From the NCBI GenBank assembly GCA_964016885.1, contig OZ024742.1, positions 63,984,001 to 64,048,000 on the forward strand: 64,000 nt of DNA. The letters run 5' to 3'. This stretch comes from Eledone cirrhosa (taxonomy: Eukaryota). A program made the translations under genes and the position numbers. Positions 14,614 to 27,616 of the stretch are shown here, piece after piece. The notes beneath the pieces were generated by a model. That model did no database searches. It saw nothing but the letters and a program-made list of their open reading frames with translations, and was not told where the DNA came from. Within the stretch, counting starts at the first letter, position 1; each line of letters opens with the position of its first letter.

Positions 14614-14659
14614 ATATACATATATACATACATACATATACATATATATATATACATAC

Positions 14660-14694
<35 letters not shown>

Positions 14695-14813
14695 CATACA
14701 TACACATATATATATATATACAATCATACATATATATACACATATATATATATATACATATGCATATATATATATACATATATATATACATATATATATA
14801 TATACATATATAC

Positions 14814-14844
<31 letters not shown>

Positions 14845-14879
14845 CATATATATACATATATATATATATATATACATAC

Positions 14880-14964
<85 letters not shown>

Positions 14965-14965
14965 C

Positions 14966-15040
<75 letters not shown>

Positions 15041-15115
15041 CATATATATACATATATATATATATACATATATATACATATATATATATATATACATACA
15101 TACATATATATATAT

Positions 15116-15297
15116 ATTATGAAAGTAAAACAAAGAAGCCTTCAATACATCAAAATTGTTGATGTATTGAAGGCTTCTTTGTTTTACTTTCATAATTCTT
15201 CGGCTCTGTTTAATTACATTGAGCTATACCTTTTACTGTCATTTCTATAATACCAAGAGGGTGTTTAACTCCAACACGCTCCAGTATTTTAATCCTT
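15116..15297 (+). mobile_element. Hairpin-plus-tail island inside a (TA/CA) microsatellite
   Basis: Perfect 38-bp arms (15116-15153 and 15159-15196), then a ~100-nt unique tail. Confidence 0.7.
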
Positions 15298-15345
15298 ATA
15301 TATATATATATATACATATATATATACATATATATATATATATAC

Positions 15346-15408
<63 letters not shown>

Positions 15409-15502
15409 ATATTTATAGATCTATATATATATGTATATATATGTATATATATATATATATGTATATATATATACATATGCATATATATATACATACATAT
15501 AC

Positions 15503-15533
<31 letters not shown>

Positions 15534-15536
15534 TAC

Positions 15537-15594
<58 letters not shown>

Positions 15595-15605
15595 ATATAT
15601 GTATA

Positions 15606-15646
<41 letters not shown>

Positions 15647-15647
15647 G

Positions 15648-15850
<203 letters not shown>

Positions 15851-16094
15851 GTATATATATATGTATATATATGTATATATATATATATGTATATATATAT
15901 GTATATGTATGATATATATATATATATGTATATATATATGTATATGTATGTATATATATTATATATATGTATATATATATGTATATGTATGTATATATAT
16001 ATGCATATGTATATATATATATATATATATATGCATATGTATATATATGTATATGTATATATATATGTGTGTATGTATGTATATATATATGTAT

Positions 16095-16610
16095 GTGAAG
16101 ATGACTTTCGAGTCCAGCTTTGCTTAGGCAGAGTCTCGCACAGACGCTGCATGTCAGCACCATAGGAGGACCCTCGCCGTCTGGAAGTACAACAGCAATG
16201 CCCTTCCTCACATCCCGCTTTACTTTCTCGTATGCGATTCGAGATGCCTCAAAGCCAACTTTTCCCCTCGTATACAGTCTTTCTCCATTTATTACGATCA
16301 GCAGCAATATTCTCCATGTATCAGCAGAGATGTTAGCGTCTTTCAGAGAGGCTTTCAAGGAATCCTTATATCTCTTTTTTGGTTTATGTGGCGGTCGTTT
16401 TTCCTTTAACCAACTCTCCATAAAAGAGTTGTTTTGGTATTCTAGAATCCTTCATCCTGGCAAGGTGACCACTCCAACGGAGTCGTTGCTTAAGCACAAG
16501 AGCTTCTATACTGTCACACATAGATCTTTCCAAAATCTCGACATCACTGATGTGGTCCCTCCAGTGAACGCCATGGATCCGTCTGAGACACATCTGATGG
16601 AAACGTCATA
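16095..16610 (-). pseudogene. RTE (BovB-like) LINE 3' end with C2H2 finger
   Basis: CLRRIHGVHWRDHISDVEIL...[25 protein letters not shown]; KKRYKDSLK...[17 protein letters not shown]. Confidence 0.85.
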
Positions 16611-16619
16611 AAGTAAGAC

Positions 16620-16979
16620 CAGTGGTTGACTACCAGGCTGCTATTGGAGATGCTACTCATCATGCTTGCCAAACATGTGGTAGAGAATGTAAATCAGCAG
16701 GAGGGCTCAAGCGACATGCAAAAGTACACGAACTCCAACCACAGCCGACTATTCTCAGTGAATGTTTTGGTTGCCGACTCTGTGCAAGACATTTTAGATC
16801 ATTGGCTGGGCTAAAAAGCCACATTCGATCGCAGCGCTGTTAGTTGCTATCGTGTGTGTGTGTGTGTAGATATGCTTATGTGCGTGTGTGTGTATATATA
16901 TATGTATATGTATATTATTATTGTTGTTGTCGTTATTATTATTGTTGTTATTATTATTATTATTATTGTTATTAATGTA

Positions 16980-17038
<59 letters not shown>

Positions 17039-17065
17039 CTTTTCTTTTTTTTTATTTTTATTTTA

Positions 17066-17096
<31 letters not shown>

Positions 17097-17141
17097 TCTT
17101 TCTCGTGCAATAACCATACTCGATAACGAGGGGGCAGCCAT
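16620..17141 (+). pseudogene. 3' end of a second RTE LINE with two C2H2 fingers and terminal stem-loop
   Basis: CQTCGRECKSAGGLKRHAKVH...[17 protein letters not shown]; after microsatellites, CATACTCGATAACGAGGGGGCAGCCATC(ATGT)n. Confidence 0.7.
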
Positions 17142-17142
17142 C

Positions 17143-17173
<31 letters not shown>

Positions 17174-17232
17174 TGTATGTATGTATGTATGTATGTATGT
17201 ATGTATGTGTATGTATGTATGTATATATATAT

Positions 17233-17840
17233 GTCAGGTCACCAGTTGGTGCTACTGGTAACATGTATCCCAGTACAACCTGTCTCATGGTCGGGTCGTT
17301 GGCGACTAAACTGGCAACCCCACCAAGGTTTCTTGGTGAGGAGGGTGACTTTGGACATCCTGCAGGACTAAAAACAAAACCTGTCAAAGGGCAAAGGAGC
17401 TCGTAAGAATCAATGGCCATCCAAAATCACCAGGAGAGATGACCCCTTAGCCTTTGTCAAGGCAGAATTCTAGGACAAGGAAAACTCTGATATAACACCT
17501 GCAACCCTGATGGTATCCAATGATGTTGACTTGTTCTTCTTTTTGGTAAATATCATCTTGGTTAAGAGAGTGGGACTAGCTTTGTGCAGTGCCTTTTCTC
17601 ACTATAAAAGCTTCACGGCACAGGTATTGCTTTATATCTGGAGATCTCTCTGCACTTGTCGCCACATGGTACCATGGGCCCAGCACTATGTGTCAATAAT
17701 TGTCACAAGTGTAGTGTTTGTACCAGAGTTTTCAAGTCGCTGGCTGGACTAAAAAGTCACACTCGTTCAGCGCATCGGTAGGGGTTCTCCTACATGGATA
17801 TAAAGTAGTGGCCGTACTCGAAAACGAGTTGGCAGCCACC
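17233..17840 (+). mobile_element. Full-length 608-bp non-autonomous RTE-derived element
   Basis: Same ends as 42901-43508; structured leader, C2H2 relic [17 protein letters not shown], 3' hairpin CTCG-AAAA-CGAG. Confidence 0.85.
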
Positions 17841-17877
17841 ATATGTATGTATATATGTATATATATATATGTATGTA

Positions 17878-17918
<41 letters not shown>

Positions 17919-17971
17919 ATATGTATATATATGTATATATATGTATATATATATATGTATATATATATATG

Positions 17972-18059
<88 letters not shown>

Positions 18060-18080
18060 TATATGTATATATATATATGT

Positions 18081-18166
<86 letters not shown>

Positions 18167-18185
18167 GTATATATATATATGTATG

Positions 18186-18394
<209 letters not shown>

Positions 18395-18433
18395 GATATT
18401 AACAAATGGAAACTATATTTATAAAACCATATT

Positions 18434-18498
18434 TATTTCATTATACATATTTCAAGGAGACCAAGTTAAATTATGGTGTGCTTTCATCAGATAAAATA
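18434..18498 (-). ncRNA. Minimal type I hammerhead ribozyme
   Basis: Minus strand: TATTTTAT CTGATGA AAGCACACCA TAATTTAACT TGGTCTCCTT GAAA T ATGT A TA ATGAAATA. Confidence 0.75.
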
Positions 18499-18701
18499 TA
18501 ATATAGATCAGTTTTATAAATAAATATTGACATACCCTTAAAGAATGCAACCATTGCTGTTGGAAGCTCCCGGATCGTCATATATATATATATATGTATA
18601 TATATATGTATATATATGTATATATATATATATATGTATATATATATACATATATATACATATACATATATATATATACACATATATATACATATATATA
18701 C

Positions 18702-18764
<63 letters not shown>

Positions 18765-18809
18765 CTTCACGATTCACAAGTGTTTTTTAAGCTTCATATC
18801 ATGTCTCCC

Positions 18810-18880
18810 TATGTTATCTGATGAGAACGCAGATATCATCCCATGATGATATTTGTTTTTGAAATGCGCATAATAAAATA
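18810..18880 (+). ncRNA. Minimal type I hammerhead ribozyme
   Basis: TATGTTAT CTGATGA GAACGCAGATATCATC CCAT GATGATATTTGTTTTT GAAA T GCGC A TA ATAAAATA. Confidence 0.85.
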
Positions 18881-18925
18881 CTTGGAACTCTTTTAACCAT
18901 CTTTTGATCTTATATATATATATAT

Positions 18926-19244
18926 ATATTAAAACAATGAAATTAAACACAAAACTGTTAATTCATAGTAAAACACATTATTTTACGATCGTTTCTGGGT
19001 GGTAGTCCTCTGCATGTTCATTTAATTATTGATCTATGTAAAACATATTACAAAATATCATAGTAAGAAAAGAATTATTTCTGAAGACGTATGTATTCTT
19101 TTCTCACTATGATATTTTGTAATATGTTTTACATAGATGAATAATTAAATGAACATGCAGAGGACTACCACCCAGAAACGATCGTAAAATAATGTGTTTT
19201 ACTATGAATTAACAGTTTTGTGTTTAATTTCATTGTTTTAATAT
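18926..19244. repeat. ~150-bp inverted repeat with 19-nt loop
   Basis: Arms 18926-19075 and 19095-19244 with few mismatches; tail extends to about 19388. Confidence 0.95.
19075..19192 (+). ncRNA. Hammerhead-like motif with 87-nt helix II region
   Basis: TTATTT CTGAAGA C...A GAAA C GATC G TA AAATAA. Confidence 0.65.
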
Positions 19245-19387
19245 TTCTATTTGACTCTGTATCCAGTTGAATTATATCGTTGATAAAAAATTTTTGTATT
19301 TTAAACTTTGCTTCACGACATCTTCTACATACGGATTACATTGAGTTCTTTATACGGTTTAGACCCTACCGTTGAGTGGTAGATTTA

Positions 19388-19477
<90 letters not shown>

Positions 19478-19644
19478 GGTATGTAGGTAAGTATTATAAA
19501 AATGTTCAACACTATTAGCAATGTAAGACAAACGCAGAAATAACCCGACTGACGAAATCACACGAGGTGGAGTGGGAGAAAGAAAGAGCATGTCAGACAG
19601 TTATGCTGACTATACATATATATATGTATATATATATGTATACA

Positions 19645-19729
<85 letters not shown>

Positions 19730-20314
19730 CTTTCTAATATTGGCATAGGGCCAGTATATGGGGGGAAGTCAATTATATCGACCTCAGTACTTAACTTGTA
19801 CTACTTTATAAAGTTGACCTCGGCGGGATCTGATCTCAGAGTGTAAAGGGCCGGAACAAAAACGTCTCTACCTAGGAATTTATCGTCGTCATCGTTACCC
19901 AAATTCAACACGAGTCGAAAATTCAGGATAGCCCGATCAACACTAGGTGATAAATAGAAATATTTCGATTTTGAAAGGGTTCTGTACAGAATGCATATAT
20001 AAATAGGTTGTGGCGTGTCGGTAGGTAGATATATAGTAAGAGAATAGGTATAGTGAGTAGACGTAGTGGATAAGTGTGTAAGTGAGTAAGACCAAAATAC
20101 TATAGAGAATCAGGTGTTTTAGAACAGGCGATTCATTGCACGAATCTAAACAAGAGTATGAGATGAGGTGATTTTACGCAAAACAGGTTTTGCAAACCTC
20201 GTGGGTGTGAGGATGTAGGCGAGGACGCGAAACACTCTCTTATAGGTGGGAGGAGGTAGGCGAGGACACGAAACTCTCTCTCATTGGCTGCAAACAACTT
20301 CCAACTATCTCTCT

Positions 20315-20381
<67 letters not shown>

Positions 20382-21491
20382 CTCTTTTCTGTATTTATTT
20401 TTCTCTTCGTTCGTTCCATCTATCTTTCTTTCCTTTCTTTTTTTCGTTACTTTCCTTTTTCTTTGTGGACTTAATTTTTGTATTGATTTAAAGTTTTTAT
20501 TGTGTTTATTGTTGTTGTTGTTGCTCGTTAGGTTTGTGTGTTAATTCGTGTATAGATGCATATATGACTGCTTGGTGAGTTGCCGTGGTCTTTCGTATTC
20601 TTCGTTTTACTACTACTACTACTACTATTACTACTACTACTACTACTACTGCTGCTGATGCTGCTGCTCTCCAACAGTGTCAGGGCAATCTGGGATTGTA
20701 AGTGGGGTAGTGTCCCTAATCACCCTAAACCTTTGCCCCTGGAGGGGCAAAGGTTTAGGGTGATTAGGGACACCATCTGTAGTCAGTACAAAGCCCTTGT
20801 TATTTTGGTAGTATGACAGTTACTTTGTTTTTTTTAGGCGGGCGAATTGCCAGAGTCGTTTGAACGTCGGTTAGAATGCTTTGCAGTATTTGTCTCTTCA
20901 CTCCGAGTTCAAATCCTGCGTTCATCCGTTTGATGTCGGCAAATAAAAAAAACCGGTTCAATACTGGCATCTTTCTCTTTTTCTCACACATACACTATCT
21001 ATTTATTAAGGAGTCAGTGGCAGAGTCGTTAGGACATCGGAATAAATACCTCGTTATTTGTTCCTGCTCTGCGCTCTGCTAAGTTTAAATCTCATCGTGA
21101 TCAATCAACTTTGACTTTCATCATTTCGAAGTCAATGGATCATGGAATGCTTTGCAACACTGAGTTCAAATCTCACCTCCTTCTGCCAGGTGTTGCATCC
21201 AATAAATAACTAGTATCAGCAATAGTAAGACTAATGGAAACACTGTTTCTTTAGTCCGGTCTGACAATTGATTCCTCTCCTGTAAAGATATGTATATTCA
21301 AAAAAAGTTATGAGGTTCCTTCAGGGCCGAAGTAAGGAGCCTCATAAATTAACTAGTACAGGGCCTCATTTTCCTAAATCCGGCATTGCAAGACATCAGA
21401 CTAACAGATAGTATCAACGATGGATGTTTCTTTGGTTTGATCCGACGATCGGCTTCTTTCCTTTACTTTACTTTTAAATTGTTGTTATTAT

Positions 21492-21775
21492 CTCGGCAGG
21501 ATTTGAACTCAGACCGTAAAGGGACGTAACTCTATGCTGCAAAGCATGGCGCCCGACTCTCTACTGATACTGCCAATCCAAAGGCAGTGGATTGGCAGTA
21601 TCAGTAGAGAGTCGGACGCCATCCTTTGCAGCATAGAGTTACGTCCCTTTACGGTCTGAGTTCAAATCCTGCCGAGGTTAACTTTGCCTTTCATCCTTAC
21701 GGGGTCGATAAAATAAAGTACCAGTAATGCACTAGAATAATTGCTGGCCTTGTGCCAAAAATCGAAACAGTTATT
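21492..21775 (+). mobile_element. tRNA-SINE with fold-back copy of its own 5' half
   Basis: 21492-21580 is the reverse complement of 21588-21676. Confidence 0.85.
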
Positions 21776-22329
21776 ATCTCGTATTTATTACGAAGACATG
21801 GCTGAATGATTAAAAGTTCGCTTCGCAATCATGAACTTTCGGGTTCGATACCACAGCACAGCATATTGGACCAAATGATCGAAGATTTGTAAGTAAAGTT
21901 GAGTTGACAGGAACTGCGTGGAAGCCCGTCAGATGAACTGTATTTGTAATTAAAAAATGCAGCCTTGTCAAACTGAATCCACTTGAAAATTACGATAAGA
22001 GTACACGTGTCTGTGGAACACTAAACCACTTTGCACTTTAATCGAACTGGATCCTTATGCATTTTTCTCGATTGGAGATTCTATCATCATTATCATCAAC
22101 AACAACAACAACTAGCTGTTGAAACTGCATGAGCTCAATCGTCGGGCCCGGACTCTTTTTAATACAGCCATACTCTACTATCACAAGTATCGAGTACTCT
22201 GTTAATTAATGGTCTAACTATTTTATAACTAGTTCTATCCTAATACATATATATAAACTTTAAAAAATTAACAGAGGACAAGGCAACGAACGGAAATAAG
22301 GCAAAATGAAAAACATTTTTTCAAGGGGA

Positions 22330-22885
22330 CCATCTTCAGCATTCGGTAATCAGAAGAAGAGAGGTAGGCATAACAGCCAAACTTACTATCTTCAATTCGG
22401 TTTTCGTGCCAACCTTTACCTATAGCCATGAATCTTGGGTAATGACCGAAAGAATACGATCGCGAATATAAGCGGTCGAAATGGGATTCCTCCGAAAGGT
22501 CTTTGGAATAACGTTACTCAATAAAGTGCGTAACTCGGAGATCAGAGAGTCACTCCAGATAGAGCCGCTACTTCTCCTAATTGAGAGATCACGGCTCCGA
22601 TACTATGGGTTTGTGGTTAGAATGTCTCAGGAAAGAATCCTGGACAGATTTTACGGGCAAAACCGAGGGTCACCAGGGCAAAGTCCTCAGATTCGACTTC
22701 CAGGAGACCCAGAGGTAGACCCCGAGCAAGATGGTTGGATAACATCCATGAGCTTGGCTGGTCAAGCTTGGGGATCTAGTCGCATCAATTGGAGACGGTT
22801 GCTTCTGACATGACCCGCTGGAAGGAGTGTTTGAGGACTCTGCCCCCACGACCTTCTCAGGAATAAATGGGCGAATAAGAAAATA
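22330..22885 (+). pseudogene. RTE LINE 3' fragment including terminus
   Basis: MGFLRKVFGITLLNKVRNSEIRESLQIEPLLLLIERSRLRYYG; 3' end CTGCCCCCACGACC. Confidence 0.85.
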
Positions 22886-22888
22886 TTA

Positions 22889-22932
<44 letters not shown>

Positions 22933-23382
22933 AGGGGCGGTGGAAGCATTTCTGCATGTGGTGGGGGGAAAATTTGGTGCAACTCTGAAATGGTCAGAAA
23001 TCGCAATTTGAGTCCAAGGAGGTCATATTACATTTGCAGCTTTCAATAATTACAAAGTGATTATTATAATTATTTCAATAATTACAAAATGACCTATGAA
23101 ATCTGTCTCTGAATACACACACTAGCAATTGGTAAATAATGATATGGAGAAAAAGTTATGACATGACAAAGAAATTTACTATGCAGGTTAACATAATATA
23201 TTACACTAGTAATGCACTGGGTAATTGCTGGCCTTGTGCCTAAAGTAGAAACAATTATTATCAAATATCAACCAAGATATAAAAAAACTTCGATATGCGA
23301 TAAACATAACATGTACATAAATAGTAGCGCATATACAAATAGATTGTGTTCCCCGCTCTTGTATATATATATATATATATAT

Positions 23383-23598
23383 AGTGGCGGACTTGGTCTG
23401 AAAATATTGGTTGCCAGGAGATGAAGGGGGCCCACCTACATAATATAGAATGCTATCATTTAATTTTTATAATGAATAAATAACATTTTCGAAAAATACA
23501 TAAGTGGAAACAAAACAGTGCAATCAAATTTTTGCGGGGAAATATCTTACCTTCTCCAATAAAATATATTATGTATTTTGCGAAATCCAGAGACTTTC
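23383..23598 (+). mobile_element. hAT-like transposon end, duplicated at 24354-24563
   Basis: Starts AGTGGCGGAC; ~210-bp near-identical copy 1 kb downstream. Confidence 0.55.
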
Positions 23599-23612
23599 AA
23601 TAATGACCAGAA

Positions 23613-24052
23613 GTCGACCCTAAATATTACTAATAGTTCAAGGAAAGCCATGAACGTCACCACATCTTTTTAACTTTGATTTTGAAAATAGGTTTATAAT
23701 TATCAATTTTCACTTGACTATTGTGGTTGTCTCGGTGGCCTAGTTGGAGGAATCATAGACGGTGGTGATCCTGGTCTGAAGTTCGATCCTGGTCAGGAGT
23801 AGGGTTCCTGGTAAACCGTTTCAGTTTTTTCTAATGGTTTTAAAATAAAAATTGAAAAAGGTACCTCTTGACCAGGATTGAACCCAAACCAGGATCTCCA
23901 ACATCTCTAGTACATACCACTTTGCCAGAGAGACAACTACAAAAATCTTATGAAAATTCATACTTATAAACCTACTTTCAAAATTTTCAAAACAAAGTGT
24001 TGTGCTGTCGTTCATGTCTTTCTTAATGTTATTGCTCCTACTTAAGGTCGAC
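23613..24052. mobile_element. Foldback element whose arms each contain a tRNA-like sequence
   Basis: Diverged inverted arms from GTCGAC to GTCGAC; A/B boxes at 23726-23801(+) and 23861-23937(-). Confidence 0.7.
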
Positions 24053-24272
24053 ATCTAAATCCTTTGGGTGTTCCATAAACTACATCCTCGTTTTGTTTTA
24101 TGTCTATCTAGACTATATTTTAATCTGTAATCCATGTTTCATTTCTTTTCCACCTCATTTCTCCCCCTCTCTCTCTTTCTTTCTTTCTCTCTGTGATATG
24201 ATTTAGGCTTACCTTATTCCTATATATATGTGTTTGCATGTCAGTTAAATTCAAATTTACAATGATTGGCAT

Positions 24273-24354
<82 letters not shown>

Positions 24355-24672
24355 ATGGCGGACTAGCTCTAAAAATATTGGTTGCGAGATGAAGGGGTCC
24401 CACCTACATATAGAATGCTATCATTTAATTTTTATAATGAATAAAAAACATTTTCGAAAAATACATAAGTGGAAACAAAACAGCGCAATCAAATTTTTGC
24501 GGGAAACTATCTTATCTTCTCCAATAAAATATATTATGTACTTTGCGAAATCCAGAGACTTTCTGTGATCCATGATGTAAAAGAACACCCAGGACTGAAA
24601 CATGTAGGGAAGAATGACCAGGAGAACAGAAATGACGGGCGACAGGAGTATCCAAACCGAATCGTATGTCCC

Positions 24673-25201
24673 TCAGCATAATTAACCACACAAAAAATCA
24701 ATTAAACGAGGCTATAAGTTTAAAATGTACCTATGAAGAAACAATAGATAAATAAATGATAGCTATTTTATCCGCGATCAACAGCCACAGAAGATTTACC
24801 CAGTATTTCTAATAGCCCGTAGAAATTGATTAGACATATAGTCAACCATACACAATTAGGTACAAAATCAAAGTTAGAAGAAAAAATGTACAAATTTCGA
24901 AACTCGTGAATTTATCCATGATCGGATATTTCCAAAAAGCGAATGAAAATTCATGGGGTAGAAACATAATTTTGGTATGTTTATGTACATTTGTTCTTCT
25001 AACTTTGATTTTGTACCTAATTGTGTATGGTTGGCTATATGTCTAATCAATTTCTACGAGCTATTAGAAATACTGGTTAAATCTTCTGTGGCTGTTGATC
25101 GCGGATAAAATAGCTATCATTTATTTATCTATTGTTTCTTCATAGGTATTTTAAACTTGTAGCCTCATTTAATTGATTTTTTGTGTGGTTAATTATGCTG
25201 A
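24673..25201. repeat. ~220-bp inverted repeat plus tail
   Basis: Arms 24673-24892 and 24984-25201 with several mismatches; tail extends to about 25373. Confidence 0.95.
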
Positions 25202-25375
25202 TTGGGAAGAGAAATACTGTATATATTTTATCAAATGATTCTATGGACTTACTTTCTTATATATTGCTCTGATTGTTGATTATTTAATTAATTCGTCATT
25301 GAGCCACACCGTGAATGGTTGCCAAAAACATATATATATATCTATGGCTGTCTAGTTTATGTATATGTAAACCTA

Positions 25376-25459
<84 letters not shown>

Positions 25460-25472
25460 TATATATATATTG

Positions 25473-25505
<33 letters not shown>

Positions 25506-25539
25506 TTAATCATCGGACACTGGAATAGTTCTATTATTT

Positions 25540-25577
25540 TCCTCGGATGAAGAGATATTAATCTCGAAATATCAGGA
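25540..25577 (+). ncRNA. Ultra-minimal hammerhead-like motif (extra-A, U4G)
   Basis: TCCT CGGATGA A GAGAT ATTA ATCTC GAAA TA TC AGGA; AATAAA at 25584. Confidence 0.6.
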
Positions 25578-25687
25578 CATATGAATAAATTAAGATAAAA
25601 AAACAAACCCTGTTTCTTACGTTTTTAGTTTTTCTCCGTCCAAATTTGCATTGTCGTGGCTTTCTAACTTCGAATTCTTCATACAAT

Positions 25688-26790
25688 ACTAGCATTAAAG
25701 CCCGGCGTTGCTCGGGGTCATTAAGTTACCAAAGTTAGGTTGCACCACCCATTTTATGGCAGCACTTTTTTGTCTGCCAGGCACTGGGTGAATGAATTGC
25801 AGACCTGGAAGCATGAGCTGCGCCAGCAGTGACAATTGTAGTTTCGCCTATGGATATTATCTCTGTGCAAAAAAGTGTTGAAATTTATTGTTTCACAGTA
25901 CTTGCGCAACACGCGCGTAGACGATGCCAGCCGAACAACAGAGCTGCGATGGAGTTGTTCTGCATGGTTGTCTGTGTGTTTTCTAAATTTAAGACAGTAG
26001 GGAGGGTTGTGATATGAGGGAGAGTTAGCTGTTGTTTCTAGCAGGTTTAGTGACCTCATAGAGGATATGTGTTTTCTAAATTTAAGACAGTAGGGAGGGG
26101 TGTGATATGGGGAGAGTTAGCTGCTGTTTCTAGCAGGTTTAGTGACCTCATAGAAGATATGTTTTCTAAATTTAAGACAGTAGGGAGGGGTGTGATATGG
26201 GGAGAGTTAGCTGCTGTTTCTAGCAGGTTTAGTGACCTCATAGAGGATATTATTGTTTATCATTATCTATAAAAGGCAGATTGTTGTTGTTGTTATTGAA
26301 GTGAGTGTGTGTTTGTATGCGTTTGGAAAAGAGGTTTTAAAAAAGATTTATCGCTTGTTGTTGAATAAATGTATCTGTTGCTTTTGAATAATAGTCGTTT
26401 CGTATGAAATGTAATAATTTGAAGTATAAAAGAGAAAGTAGCAAAATGTGTGGGTTGTAGATAGAGATAAGCAGATGATATGAGAGAGTAAAACGGACAG
26501 TATCACCATCAAGCTTGGAAAGAGAAAGTAGCAGTGAGTATGAAGTTGTATAGATTTTGAATGGTAGTGGAAAGAGTTTAGCAGTTTAAATGACAGAGAA
26601 AAATCGTAAAATATTGAGTTTTATCTATTTTTTGCGTAATTGTGGGTGAAATTGAAAAAATGAGATGTGCCAAGACGCAATCGAAACTATTTCGAATACT
26701 GAATTGTAAATTTCAATTGAAGAAATTCTATATCGAAGATTTCTATAAGAAAGGAGCATGACCACACACTGAGCTTTATAGATTATGATA
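25688..26790 (+). mobile_element. Non-autonomous Helitron/Helentron-like element with internal ~91-bp tandem repeat (x3)
   Basis: Begins TACTAGC..CCCGGCGTTGCTCGGG (hairpin) and ends CTTTATAGATTATGAT; repeats at about 25975-26250. Confidence 0.6.
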
Positions 26791-26833
26791 CAATGCTTCA
26801 AGTGAACTACAAATTCTTTCTATATAAATATAA

Positions 26834-27616
<783 letters not shown>

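Noticed and set aside
16622-16843. Host C2H2 zinc-finger gene
   Set aside because: Followed by an RTE 3' hairpin and (ATGT)n tail; better explained as a LINE C-terminus.
23726-23801. tRNA gene
   Set aside because: A and B boxes are present but no convincing cloverleaf; part of a foldback repeat.
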